Under the pieces are notes generated by a model. It was not told where the DNA came from. It did not search any database and worked only from the letters and a program-made list of their open reading frames with translations. The position numbers were made by a program, and so were the translations under genes. A stretch of DNA of 36,934 nucleotides from Polyangia bacterium (GTDB lineage Bacteria; Myxococcota_A; Polyangia; Fen-1088), in contig DATLVT010000217.1 of the NCBI GenBank assembly GCA_035577105.1, forward strand, positions 1 through 36,934, read 5' to 3'. This document shows positions 9,444-17,584 of this stretch, piece by piece (within the stretch, counting starts at the first letter, position 1; each line of letters begins with the position of its first letter).

Positions 9444-10664
9444 TTGTCAGTACCACGCATCATCTTTCGTTCGGTTCGCGCATTTCGCCCGGCACTGGGG
9501 ATCACTCTGATTTCGCTGTCGCTCTCTGCCTGCGGTGACGGATCGACACCGGGGATAGAACCGGGGATGACACCGCTGTCCAATCTGGAGACCACGGGCA
9601 GCGTCCTGGTGGACGTGCCCGTTCCTGATGATCCGACCGTGGACAACCTCAGCGGGGGCAACACCGCCGAACCGCGGGTGGTCTATCTGGCCTATGCCGA
9701 CGGCAAGGAGCTGCCGGCCACCGCCGTCAATGCCTGCACCGGCACCGCCCCCAAGTTTGTCTGCAACTTTGCCCCCACGCTGGAAGACTGCCAGCGCCAG
9801 ATTCAGACCTATCTGGACAAGTGGTACGCCGATCTCAACGTCGTCTTCACCCTGAAGCGTCCCACCAGCGGAAAGTTCTACACCGAGGTGATCTCGTCGG
9901 GCGGCGGCGCCTGGTGCGGCGTCGACGCGCGCGTGGCCGGCGTGGCGCCGTTCCTGTGCAAGGACATCTATGGCGGCGTCGCCTATACGTTCATGGGCGG
10001 CGACAGCGCCAAGCAGACCGCCACCATCATCGCGCAGGAGCAGGCGCACCTGGTTGGCCTGGAGCACACCACCAGCGACGACGATCTGATGTTGCCCACC
10101 ATCTGTCACAACTGCGACAGCTTTGAAGACGCCAACAACACGGTCAAGGACGACCGCTGTGCACGCCCGATTCAGAATTCCTATCAGATGATGAAGGAAC
10201 GCCTGGGGGCCTGGCCGGGCGGCGACAAGCCGGCCGTGTTCGGTTGCAAGTCGGATACACAGGCGCCCACGGTCACCATCACCGAGCCCGGCGACAACGC
10301 CATGGTTGGACACGACTTCTCGGTCCGGGTCGACGCGCGCGACGAGTGCAGCGTCGCCAACGTGACCGTCAACGTCTCGCCGCAAAAGCTGAGCGCGACG
10401 TCGATGGCGGCCCCTTTTCAGTGGGACCTGACCAACATCACCGGTCGGCAGACCATCACCGTCACCGCCGTCGACGGCGCCGGTCACCGGACATCGACCA
10501 GCATCACTGTCACCGCCGGCGTTTCGCAGGCGGTCGCGCTGCCCAGCGACGATCCCACCAAGTCACACGGTTGCGCGGTGGCGGGGACACCCGCTGGCTC
10601 GGGCCTGGCCGCGTTCGGGCTGGCGGCGCTGCTGGCGTTGCGTCGTCGTCGCAGTCGCCGTTGA
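9444..10664 (+). CDS. Lipoprotein with a metzincin-like (degenerate) zinc motif, an Ig-like domain and a MYXO-CTERM sorting tail
   Basis: Preferred TTG start at 9444, preceded by GGAGGG at 9430-9435. Lipobox LSLSAC. QEQAHLVGLEH motif. C-terminal HGCAVAG...GLAALLALRRRRSRR is MYXO-CTERM-like. Confidence 0.7.
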   Translation: MSVPRIIFRSVRAFRPALGITLISLSLSACGDGSTPGIEPGMTPLSNLETTGSVLVDVPVPDDPTVDNLSGGNTAEPRVVYLAYADGKELPATAVNACTGTAPKFVCNFAPTLEDCQRQIQTYLDKWYADLNVVFTLKRPTSGKFYTEVISSGGGAWCGVDARVAGVAPFLCKDIYGGVAYTFMGGDSAKQTATIIAQEQAHLVGLEHTTSDDDLMLPTICHNCDSFEDANNTVKDDRCARPIQNSYQMMKERLGAWPGGDKPAVFGCKSDTQAPTVTITEPGDNAMVGHDFSVRVDARDECSVANVTVNVSPQKLSATSMAAPFQWDLTNITGRQTITVTAVDGAGHRTSTSITVTAGVSQAVALPSDDPTKSHGCAVAGTPAGSGLAAFGLAALLALRRRRSRR

Positions 10665-10674
10665 GCGCGGCGTC

Positions 10675-11733
10675 TTACGGACTGTTCTTGTAGCGCACCA
10701 TCATCCAGGTTGGGTCCTTGCACAGACCGCACGTCGCCGCGGGATAGAAAAACGATCGGGCGTTCTGATCGTCCATCAAGCGGAAGCGGAACCAGGCCAG
10801 CGCCGGTCCGTGCATGGCCGGGTTCATGGCGTCTTCGTGGACGCCTTTGAACTCGGCGTTGACGAACTCGGTCTTGACGACGGCGATGGTCTGATCGGCG
10901 ACGCCCATCGAACGGGGGTCCATGGTGGCGCTGACGAGCAGCACCGGGGCGGTCTGCTTCATGAGGATGCTGGTGTCGCTCTCGAATGAGAGGATGGGCA
11001 TCAGCGGCAGGCTGGCCGTGATGCCGGTGGTGCCGGGTTTGTTGGCGGCGGCGGCCAGGGTGGCTCCTCCGCCCTGTGAATGACCCGAGGCGCCGATCCT
11101 GGTGACGTCCAGGGTGTCGTGGTACGGGCTGGCGGCGGTTGCGTTCTGGGCCACCAGCCAGTCGATGCCGGCCTTGTGCACGGCGCCGCCGTTCGTGGTG
11201 TTGGTGTGCGCGCCGATGACCACGAACCCGTAAGAGGCCCAGTGGTCGAGGAGCGGTTTGTACTGATCGAGGGAGTACATGGTTCCGTTGTTCCAGCTGA
11301 TGATCGGGTGCTTGCGGCCGCCGGCGGTCAAATCGTCGGGCCGGAAAACGTCATAAGCGCCGGCCGGGCCGGTGTTGACGTCGCGCTTGATGGCGAATGG
11401 TCCCACGGCGGCGTAATCGGTGACCGGCGGCCAACCGGATGAGACCGCGTCGCCCCCGGCGCTGACGTCGGCCGCGTCGGCGCTGCTGCCGCTGCTGTCG
11501 ATCGCCACCGGGCCGTCGCCCGGGCTGCCGGCGGCGCCGCTGCCGCCGCTTCCGCCGCTTCCGCCGGCCATTTGCCCGCCGGTGGCGCCGCTGCTGCCGC
11601 CGGTCGCACCGGCAAGGCCGCCGCTGCCCGGTCCGCCGGAACCACCTGGGCCGGAGCCGGGGGTGGTCGAGCCAGACGAGCAGGCTGCCGCCAGCAACGC
11701 CACACTGACGGTCAATGCCAGAGCCCGTATCAT
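10675..11733 (-). CDS. Secreted alpha/beta-hydrolase lipoprotein (cutinase/dienelactone-hydrolase-like)
   Basis: ATG at 11733 with GGAGG 7 nt upstream. Signal peptide/lipobox MIRALALTVSVALLAAAC. Gly/Ser linker. GASGHSQGGG nucleophile elbow (GxSxG). Confidence 0.75.
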   Translation of the reverse strand: MIRALALTVSVALLAAACSSGSTTPGSGPGGSGGPGSGGLAGATGGSSGATGGQMAGGSGGSGGSGAAGSPGDGPVAIDSSGSSADAADVSAGGDAVSSGWPPVTDYAAVGPFAIKRDVNTGPAGAYDVFRPDDLTAGGRKHPIISWNNGTMYSLDQYKPLLDHWASYGFVVIGAHTNTTNGGAVHKAGIDWLVAQNATAASPYHDTLDVTRIGASGHSQGGGATLAAAANKPGTTGITASLPLMPILSFESDTSILMKQTAPVLLVSATMDPRSMGVADQTIAVVKTEFVNAEFKGVHEDAMNPAMHGPALAWFRFRLMDDQNARSFFYPAATCGLCKDPTWMMVRYKNSP

Positions 11734-11949
11734 CGTGGAACCTCCGTCCTGGCTGGGTGCACGACGGGAAAGTCGTCGTGGGTGCAGCCTATCCCACATC
11801 ATTCAGACGTGAAACCGATCCGCTGCAGGCTGCCGTTCGTATCGTTGTCATGGGCGCCCCCGCGTTCTCCCGAACAGCTCCGCCTGTCTGCGGACACCCC
11901 ACCGTTCCGGTGGCGTTCGTGGGCGTCCCGGCTACAGAATAGGCGTGTC

Positions 11950-12615
11950 ATGGAGACTGTCGTTCCGCAGCACCACTTTTCGGACGAGGTCCTCCTGGAC
12001 TACTCGGCGGGCAACGCCACCGAGGCGCTGGGGCTGCCGGTCGGTTGCCACCTGGACCTTTGCACGGACTGCCGCCAGCGCGTGGCCGATCTGGAGATCG
12101 TGGCCGGCGCGTCGTTATTGACGTTCGGTTTTTCGCCGGCGCATGACGGTGTCCGTGCGCGACTGCTGGGCGGCCTGACACCCAAGAGCGAACCGCCACC
12201 GCAATCGCCGGCCCTGGATCCGACGCTGGAAGCGCTGGGGCTGCCCGCCACGCTGAACCGGTATCTGACCGCCGCCAGCAAGCCGCACTGGCGCTTGCTG
12301 GTGCCGGGGATTCGGGAGATCCGCGTGGGCCTGCGCGAGCCGGGCGCGGTGGCCCGCCTGGTTCAACTGCGGCCGGGCGTGGTCATCCCCCTGCACGACC
12401 ACGAGGGGCCCGAGTACACCGTGGTCTTTCGCGGTGGCCTCAACGAGGGCGACGCCCATTTTCAGCGTGGTGACGTCTGCGTCCGTGACCGCGGCATCGA
12501 TCACGAGCAGCAGGTGGAGAAGGGTGAAGACTGCATCGCCCTGGTGGTGAACCATGGCGGATTGGTCCCGCGCACGCTGAAGGGTCGTCTGTTCAAGTTG
12601 ATCGCCGGCGCCTGA
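11950..12615 (+). CDS. ChrR-type anti-sigma factor (zinc-binding ASD plus C-terminal cupin)
   Basis: HLDLCTDC matches the HxxxCxxC zinc anti-sigma motif. C-terminal cupin region is HDHEGPEYTVVFRGG. ATG at 11950. No sigma factor gene is adjacent. Confidence 0.7.
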   Translation: METVVPQHHFSDEVLLDYSAGNATEALGLPVGCHLDLCTDCRQRVADLEIVAGASLLTFGFSPAHDGVRARLLGGLTPKSEPPPQSPALDPTLEALGLPATLNRYLTAASKPHWRLLVPGIREIRVGLREPGAVARLVQLRPGVVIPLHDHEGPEYTVVFRGGLNEGDAHFQRGDVCVRDRGIDHEQQVEKGEDCIALVVNHGGLVPRTLKGRLFKLIAGA

Positions 12616-12616
12616 G

Positions 12617-12651
12617 CGACGCCGGCACCTGGCTTCGTCGGGGCGGCGTCG
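12617..12651. terminator. GC-rich hairpin between the convergent chrR-like and VWA genes (possible bidirectional terminator)
   Basis: CGACGCCG (12617-12624) pairs with CGGCGTCG (12644-12651). The loop is 19 nt and there is no clear U-tract. Confidence 0.3.
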
Positions 12652-13836
12652 TCAGGGCACGAAGATGGGGACGCAGGGGAAGACCGCTTCGATGTCGGTG
12701 ATCGTGCCGGCCATGACCTGGTCGCAATAGGACCCTTTGAGAACGATCGACGTCATGGTGGCGTCGCCATAGTCCCAACCGGCGGTGGCGTCTTTCGGGA
12801 TGACCGTGCCGCTGCTCTTGACCATCACCTTTTCCGCCATCGCGGGCGCCTTCTCCAGCTTGAATTCGCAGGAGGCGATCTTGCGCTGGATGGTCTTCAG
12901 CGTCGCGACGAGCTGATCGCTATTGGTCACCAGATAGTAGGCGGGTAACCCCGTCGCCATTTGCGGCCGGCCACCCGCGTTTGCCATGCTGGTGAGGGTG
13001 GCGTCCGCGCCGGTGTTGGTGGCGATGCCGACCACGAACACCGGGATGCCCTTGCCGGCGCTGTCCATGACGGCTGCGATGGAAGCAACCTCGTCGGCTT
13101 TTGACTGGTCGGGCACGGCGCCGGCGCAGTTGGGCAGACCGTCGGTGGCCAGAAGGATGTACTTGGGATTCGTGTCTGGCAGCGCGGTCAGATAGGCGGC
13201 AGCGCTGCTGACCGCGACAGCCGTGGGCGTGGCGGCGCCGTTCAGCGGTGGGACTGAATTGGTCATGGCCACGCCGATGGCGCCGGCGTTCTTGTCGCCG
13301 ATGGCGACCTTCGGCGCTGCGGCCGCGCCGCAAGCGCCGGTGTCCGGGAAGACCTTCAGGCCCCAGCGAATCGTGCTCTCGGTCTGGGTGACGACCTGAT
13401 TGATCGCCGAGGTGACCTGGGTCCATTTTTGCGACTGGACGCAGGCCGGAGTGGGCGTGGTGCCCGGGCAGGCCTGTCCGTTGGGCTGCTCCAGCATCGA
13501 TCCCGAGCGATCCAGGACCACCAGCAGGTCGGGCGGCGTTGATTCGAGTTTGAAGGTCTGCATTCCACAGGTGGGAACGTCGGTCGAGCCCCCATCGTCG
13601 CCGCCGCCGACGACGCCGCCGGTGCCGCTCGTGTCGGCGTCGACACCGCTGCCACCGGTGCCGATCACACCCCCGCTGCCTGGCAGGTCGCTGCCGCCGC
13701 TGCCGGAGCCAATCGCACCGCCGCCGCCGGTGTCACCGCCCGAGCCGGTGTCGCTGCCTTTGTTACCGCTCCAGCTGCATCCTCCCAGGACGAACACGAT
13801 CACAGAAGCCAGGACCCGTGCGTGCAAACGCTGCAT
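12652..13836 (-). CDS. Secreted von Willebrand factor A (VWA) domain lipoprotein
   Basis: Lipobox VLGGC, a Gly-rich linker, and the MIDAS motif LVVLDRSGSM (DxSxS). Confidence 0.8.
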   Translation of the reverse strand: MQRLHARVLASVIVFVLGGCSWSGNKGSDTGSGGDTGGGGAIGSGSGGSDLPGSGGVIGTGGSGVDADTSGTGGVVGGGDDGGSTDVPTCGMQTFKLESTPPDLLVVLDRSGSMLEQPNGQACPGTTPTPACVQSQKWTQVTSAINQVVTQTESTIRWGLKVFPDTGACGAAAAPKVAIGDKNAGAIGVAMTNSVPPLNGAATPTAVAVSSAAAYLTALPDTNPKYILLATDGLPNCAGAVPDQSKADEVASIAAVMDSAGKGIPVFVVGIATNTGADATLTSMANAGGRPQMATGLPAYYLVTNSDQLVATLKTIQRKIASCEFKLEKAPAMAEKVMVKSSGTVIPKDATAGWDYGDATMTSIVLKGSYCDQVMAGTITDIEAVFPCVPIFVP

Positions 13837-13998
13837 CGTCTCTCCGTCTCCAAAACAGGTGGTCTATGTTCTTAGTAACCGCCACCGAGACGAATCGCCA
13901 TGAAAATGCGGCGAATGGCACTTGCGCGGCCGGCAAGTGTGGTTATGCCGCGGCCATGTATGTGGGCGTGCGCGCGGGCGCGAACGTGCGGCGCGGGG

Positions 13999-14451
13999 CT
14001 AGCGAGGGCCGTCGGGATCGAGCAGGCGGCCGCGCACCGGAGCGGACGCCGCACCGACGGCGCGATCGCGATCGGGCTCGTCGCCCACCTCGATCTCGCA
14101 GTCGCCGAACTGCGCGCCGAACACGTCGCCGGTTCCCGGCGCGACCGCCAGGCCGCGCGCGCGGATCACCGTGTGATCCAGGACGCGGCCCGCGAGCTCG
14201 ATCTCATCGGCCTCCAGCAGTCCGCCCAGCGCTCCGCGCGACCGCAGGACGCCCGCTTTGATCTTGCCGGTCAGGGCGCCGGTCTCGGTCACCTCCACGG
14301 TGGGGCTGACCACGTCGCCCTCCAGTCGGCCTCTCACCAGGACGTGTCCGCTCGAGGCCAGCGTGCCCGAGAGCGCGCTGCCTTCCTCGACGATCGTATC
14401 CTTAGGCGGAGCGGCTGGCCCGGGGCTGACGGCGTTTGGGTCGTCTATCAT
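13999..14451 (-). CDS. Bactofilin (DUF583 polymer-forming cytoskeletal protein), copy 2
   Basis: TIVEEGSALSGTLASSGHVLVRGRLEGDVVSPTVEVTETGALTGKIKAGVL... shows the bactofilin beta-helix periodicity. The only start codon (ATG 14451) overlaps the upstream gene by 50 nt. Confidence 0.8.
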   Translation of the reverse strand: MIDDPNAVSPGPAAPPKDTIVEEGSALSGTLASSGHVLVRGRLEGDVVSPTVEVTETGALTGKIKAGVLRSRGALGGLLEADEIELAGRVLDHTVIRARGLAVAPGTGDVFGAQFGDCEIEVGDEPDRDRAVGAASAPVRGRLLDPDGPR

Positions 14452-15718
14452 CGGCGTCCTTCTCCTTGTCCTTGTCCCGGATGGCGCTGGCGCGGGCGAT
14501 GCGCAGGCGCAGGCGGCTCCCTTTTTCGAAGGCGAACCGCGTATCGCGCTCGTTCTGTTCCACGCTGGCCACCATTGCGCCCTGGCTGGTCACGCGCAGC
14601 GTACGGACGCCGATGATGCCGGGGCTGCGGCGCTGAAAGAAATGGCCGTGCACCGTGACGTCGCCGCCGCCGGTGATCTGGCAGCCGGCCAGAACCCCGG
14701 CCCGACCGATCACCAGCTCGGTGCCGGGCCCCAGGTTGATGACACAGTTCTCGAACAGGCTGTCGATCTCGACGCGCGCGCCGCCGTCGAAGGCCAGCGT
14801 GGCGTCGCGCAAAGTATCGCCACGCCCGAAGTAGCGCCGGTTGGCGCCGCCGCCGCCGATCTCGCCGGCCACGAAACCGCTGAGCAGGAAGGGGATCTCC
14901 GAATCGGTGAGGCGCGCGGCCCCGTCGCCCTCCGGGCTGGGATCAAGAAACGCCGCCTGCAGATCGGCGTCCAGGGCGGCGCCGGTGCCGATGAGACCCG
15001 CCACCTTGGCCCCGGTCAGGCAAGCCGCGCGCAGCGTGGCGCCGGTCAGCCGGGCGCGCCGCAGATCGGCCAGGCTGAAGTCGGTCTCTGACAGATCGGC
15101 GCGGCTGAGATCGGCCTTGACCAGCGATGCACCGCCCAGCTTGGCCCCGCGCGCCCGCACCTGGGTCAGCGAGGCGTCGTGAAACAATGCGCGGGTGAAG
15201 TCGCCTTGCACCATCGATGCGCCGCGCAGGCTGGCGTTGTTGAACTCGGCGCTGGCCGCCTTCACCCGATCCAGAGATGCGCCGGACAGGTCGGCGTGCA
15301 TGAGAGCGGCGTCGCGCAGATCGGCGCCCGTCAGGTTGGCACCCGCCAGCTGCGAGCGGCGAAGACGTGCGCCGGCCAGGTTCGCCCCGCTGAGGTTGGC
15401 CCCCTCCAGGTTGGCGCGGGTGAGGTCGGCGCCGATCAGCACCGCGCCCTCCAGGTTGGCCTTTTCCAGATCAGCGCTCTCCAGCCGGGCCTCACGCAGG
15501 TTGGCGCCGCTGAGGTTGGCTTCGCGCAGGCTGGCGTTCTTCAGGCTGGCGCCGCTGAGATCGGCGCCCCGCAGGTCGGCGCCGTCCAGATCGGCGCGCC
15601 CCAGCTCCGCGCCGGCCAGCGCGGCATTGCTGAGGTTGATGCCGCGCAGATCGGCGCGGTCCAGCTTTTCGCCACGCGCGAATCGCCGAAGGACGTCGGC
15701 GGGCGAAAGTTCTGCCAT
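14402..15718 (-). CDS. Pentapeptide-repeat protein (438 aa) with a distinct C-terminal beta-helix-like domain, copy 2
   Basis: About 250 aa of A(D/N)LxG-type pentapeptide repeats (ADLRGINLSNAALAGAELGRADLDGADLRGADL...). The ATG at 15718 overlaps the upstream bactofilin stop (TGATG). Collinear paralog of 16253-17569 with identical length. Confidence 0.85.
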   Translation of the reverse strand: MAELSPADVLRRFARGEKLDRADLRGINLSNAALAGAELGRADLDGADLRGADLSGASLKNASLREANLSGANLREARLESADLEKANLEGAVLIGADLTRANLEGANLSGANLAGARLRRSQLAGANLTGADLRDAALMHADLSGASLDRVKAASAEFNNASLRGASMVQGDFTRALFHDASLTQVRARGAKLGGASLVKADLSRADLSETDFSLADLRRARLTGATLRAACLTGAKVAGLIGTGAALDADLQAAFLDPSPEGDGAARLTDSEIPFLLSGFVAGEIGGGGANRRYFGRGDTLRDATLAFDGGARVEIDSLFENCVINLGPGTELVIGRAGVLAGCQITGGGDVTVHGHFFQRRSPGIIGVRTLRVTSQGAMVASVEQNERDTRFAFEKGSRLRLRIARASAIRDKDKEKDADDRRPKRRQPRASRSA

Positions 15719-16260
15719 CAGGTCGGCGTGCTGGAGTTGGCCGGCGCGGGACGCTCGGCCCCGGCGACCGGAGCGGCGGCGGCGACGAGAGCGGCGCTGT
15801 TCTCCTTGATAGCCGTTCCGGTGTGCCCGGCGCCCGAGGCCAGCGCTTCGCGCAGGGCCGCCTCCTTGGCCGGCACCTCGCCGATTTGCAGCTCGCAGTC
15901 GAAGAGCTCGACGGCCAGCGCCCCGGTCCCAGTTCCGGTCCCAGTTCCGGTCTTGGGCGGAACAACCTCCAACGTCTTGGCGATGATCACCGTCTCGTCG
16001 CGGACGCGACCGCACAGGATCACGTCGTCGGCCTCGAAGGTCCCGGTCAAGTCACCCTTCGAGCGCAGCTCGGTGACCTTGACCTGACCGTCGACGGTGC
16101 CGCTCTCGGCGACGTCCAGCGACGGCCCGGTGATCTCGCCCTCGACCTGGCCGCGCACCAACACGGCGCAGTTCGCCGACAGCGTCCCTTTGAAGGCGGT
16201 GCCCTCTTCGATGACGGTCTTCTTTTCTGGCGCCGGGCGCGCGTTGCCTCTGTCAGCCAT
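15718..16260 (-). CDS. Bactofilin (DUF583), copy 1, with a (Thr-Gly)5 insert and an Ala-rich tail
   Basis: TVIEEGTAFKGTLSANCAVLVRGQVEGEITGPSLDVAESGTVDGQVKVTEL... is a bactofilin repeat pattern. The start overlaps the upstream pentapeptide gene by 8 nt (ATGGCTGA). Confidence 0.85.
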   Translation of the reverse strand: MADRGNARPAPEKKTVIEEGTAFKGTLSANCAVLVRGQVEGEITGPSLDVAESGTVDGQVKVTELRSKGDLTGTFEADDVILCGRVRDETVIIAKTLEVVPPKTGTGTGTGTGALAVELFDCELQIGEVPAKEAALREALASGAGHTGTAIKENSAALVAAAAPVAGAERPAPANSSTPT

Positions 16261-17569
16261 GGGTTAACCGCCCTTCCTGTCTTTCTTTTGCTTTTGCTTT
16301 TGCCTTGGCTTCGGCTTCCGCTTCACTGCTGCTGGCCTTCATGACCTTGAGACGCAGGCGGCAGCCCCGTTCGAAGGCGAACCGGGTGGGCGTGGCCGCC
16401 TGTTGCACCGACGCGTCCAGCGCGCCGCGCCCGGTGACCACCAGGGCGCGTGGTCCGACGATCCCGGGGCGTTCGCGCTCGAAAAATTGTCCGTGCACGG
16501 TGATGTCGCCGGCGCCCGAGATCTGACAGTCGGCCAGCACGCCCGACTGACCGACCACGACGGCCGCCCCCTCGCCCAGGACGATCGAGCAGTTTTCAAA
16601 GACGCTGTCGATCTCCACCTTGGCGCCGGCGGTGAACTCCAGCGTGGCGTTGCGCAGGATGTCTCCGCGCCCGAAATAACGTCGGTCGCCGGCCGGCCTG
16701 TCGCGGGTGCCGGCTCCTGGCGCGCGGGCGCCGCCTAGCAGGGCCGGGATCTCGCCGTCGGTGACGCGGGCGGAGCCGTTTCCTTCCGGGCTGGCGTCGA
16801 CCCAGGTGACCTGCAGATCGCCGACGTTGGCGCTGCCGCCCATCACGCCGGCAACCTTGGCGCCGGTCAGCGTGGCGCCTTGAAAGACCGTGCCGGCCAG
16901 GTGCGCCTGCCGAAGATCGGCGTTGGCCAGGTCAGCCTTGGAGAGATCGGTGCGCGTCAGGTCGGCCTTGCGCAACACCGCGCCGCCCATCTTGGCGCCG
17001 GTGGCCCGTGCCTCGACCAGCTGCGCGTCCAGGAATTGCGCGCGCGTGAAATCACCGCCGGTCAGCGTGGCGGCGCGCAGGTTGGCCCCGGTGAAGTCCG
17101 CGGCGGTCGCCTTGACGTTGCCGAGGTGCGCCTCCGCCAGCTCGGCGTGCACCAGGATCGCTTCCCGCAGGTCGGCGCCGGTCAGGTTCGCCGTCCCCAG
17201 CTGGGCGAATCCCAGGCGCGCGCCGGTCAGCGTGGCCCCGGTCAGGTTGGCCCCCTCCAGGTTGGCGCGCAGCAGGTTGGCGCCGGCCAGGTTGGCGCGC
17301 TCCAGGTTCGCCTCTTCAAGGTCGGCGCATTCAAGATTGCACTCGCGCAGGTCGGCGCCGATCAGGTGGGCCTCGCGCAGGTTGGCGTTCTTCAGCACGG
17401 CGCCGCGCAGGTTGGCGCCCTCCAGGTTGGCCCCTTCCAGATCAGCCCGGGCCAGCGCCGCCGACGGCAGGGGCGCCTTCGCCAGATCGATCCCGCGCAG
17501 GTCGGCGCGCTCCAGTTTCTCGGCGCGCCGGAACCTCTCCAAAACCTGATCACGGGTCAGCTCGGCCAT
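16253..17569 (-). CDS. Pentapeptide-repeat protein (438 aa) with a distinct C-terminal beta-helix-like domain, copy 1
   Basis: ADLRGIDLAKAPL...ADLEGANLEGANLRGAVLKNANLREAHL... repeats. GGAGA lies 7 nt upstream of the ATG at 17569. C-terminal (EA)3(KA)4 tail. Confidence 0.85.
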   Translation of the reverse strand: MAELTRDQVLERFRRAEKLERADLRGIDLAKAPLPSAALARADLEGANLEGANLRGAVLKNANLREAHLIGADLRECNLECADLEEANLERANLAGANLLRANLEGANLTGATLTGARLGFAQLGTANLTGADLREAILVHAELAEAHLGNVKATAADFTGANLRAATLTGGDFTRAQFLDAQLVEARATGAKMGGAVLRKADLTRTDLSKADLANADLRQAHLAGTVFQGATLTGAKVAGVMGGSANVGDLQVTWVDASPEGNGSARVTDGEIPALLGGARAPGAGTRDRPAGDRRYFGRGDILRNATLEFTAGAKVEIDSVFENCSIVLGEGAAVVVGQSGVLADCQISGAGDITVHGQFFERERPGIVGPRALVVTGRGALDASVQQAATPTRFAFERGCRLRLKVMKASSSEAEAEAKAKAKAKERQEGRLTHG

Positions 17570-17584
17570 CGGTGTTTCTCCATC

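Noticed and set aside
13875-13880. Additional GTAACC hexamers at 13875-13880, 12945-12950 and 18862-18867 (all on the plus strand)
   Set aside because: None is followed by CGTA at N15. The hexamers at 12945 and 18862 lie inside minus-strand coding regions. The hexamer at 13875 is intergenic but points away from both flanking minus-strand genes. These are probably chance occurrences.
14893-15658. Highly periodic 15-bp DNA repetition (also 16744-17509), which superficially resembles a repeat array
   Set aside because: It is the coding image of the pentapeptide (5-codon) repeats in two intact 438-aa ORFs. It is not a CRISPR array, satellite or mobile element. There are no unique spacers and the frame is maintained.
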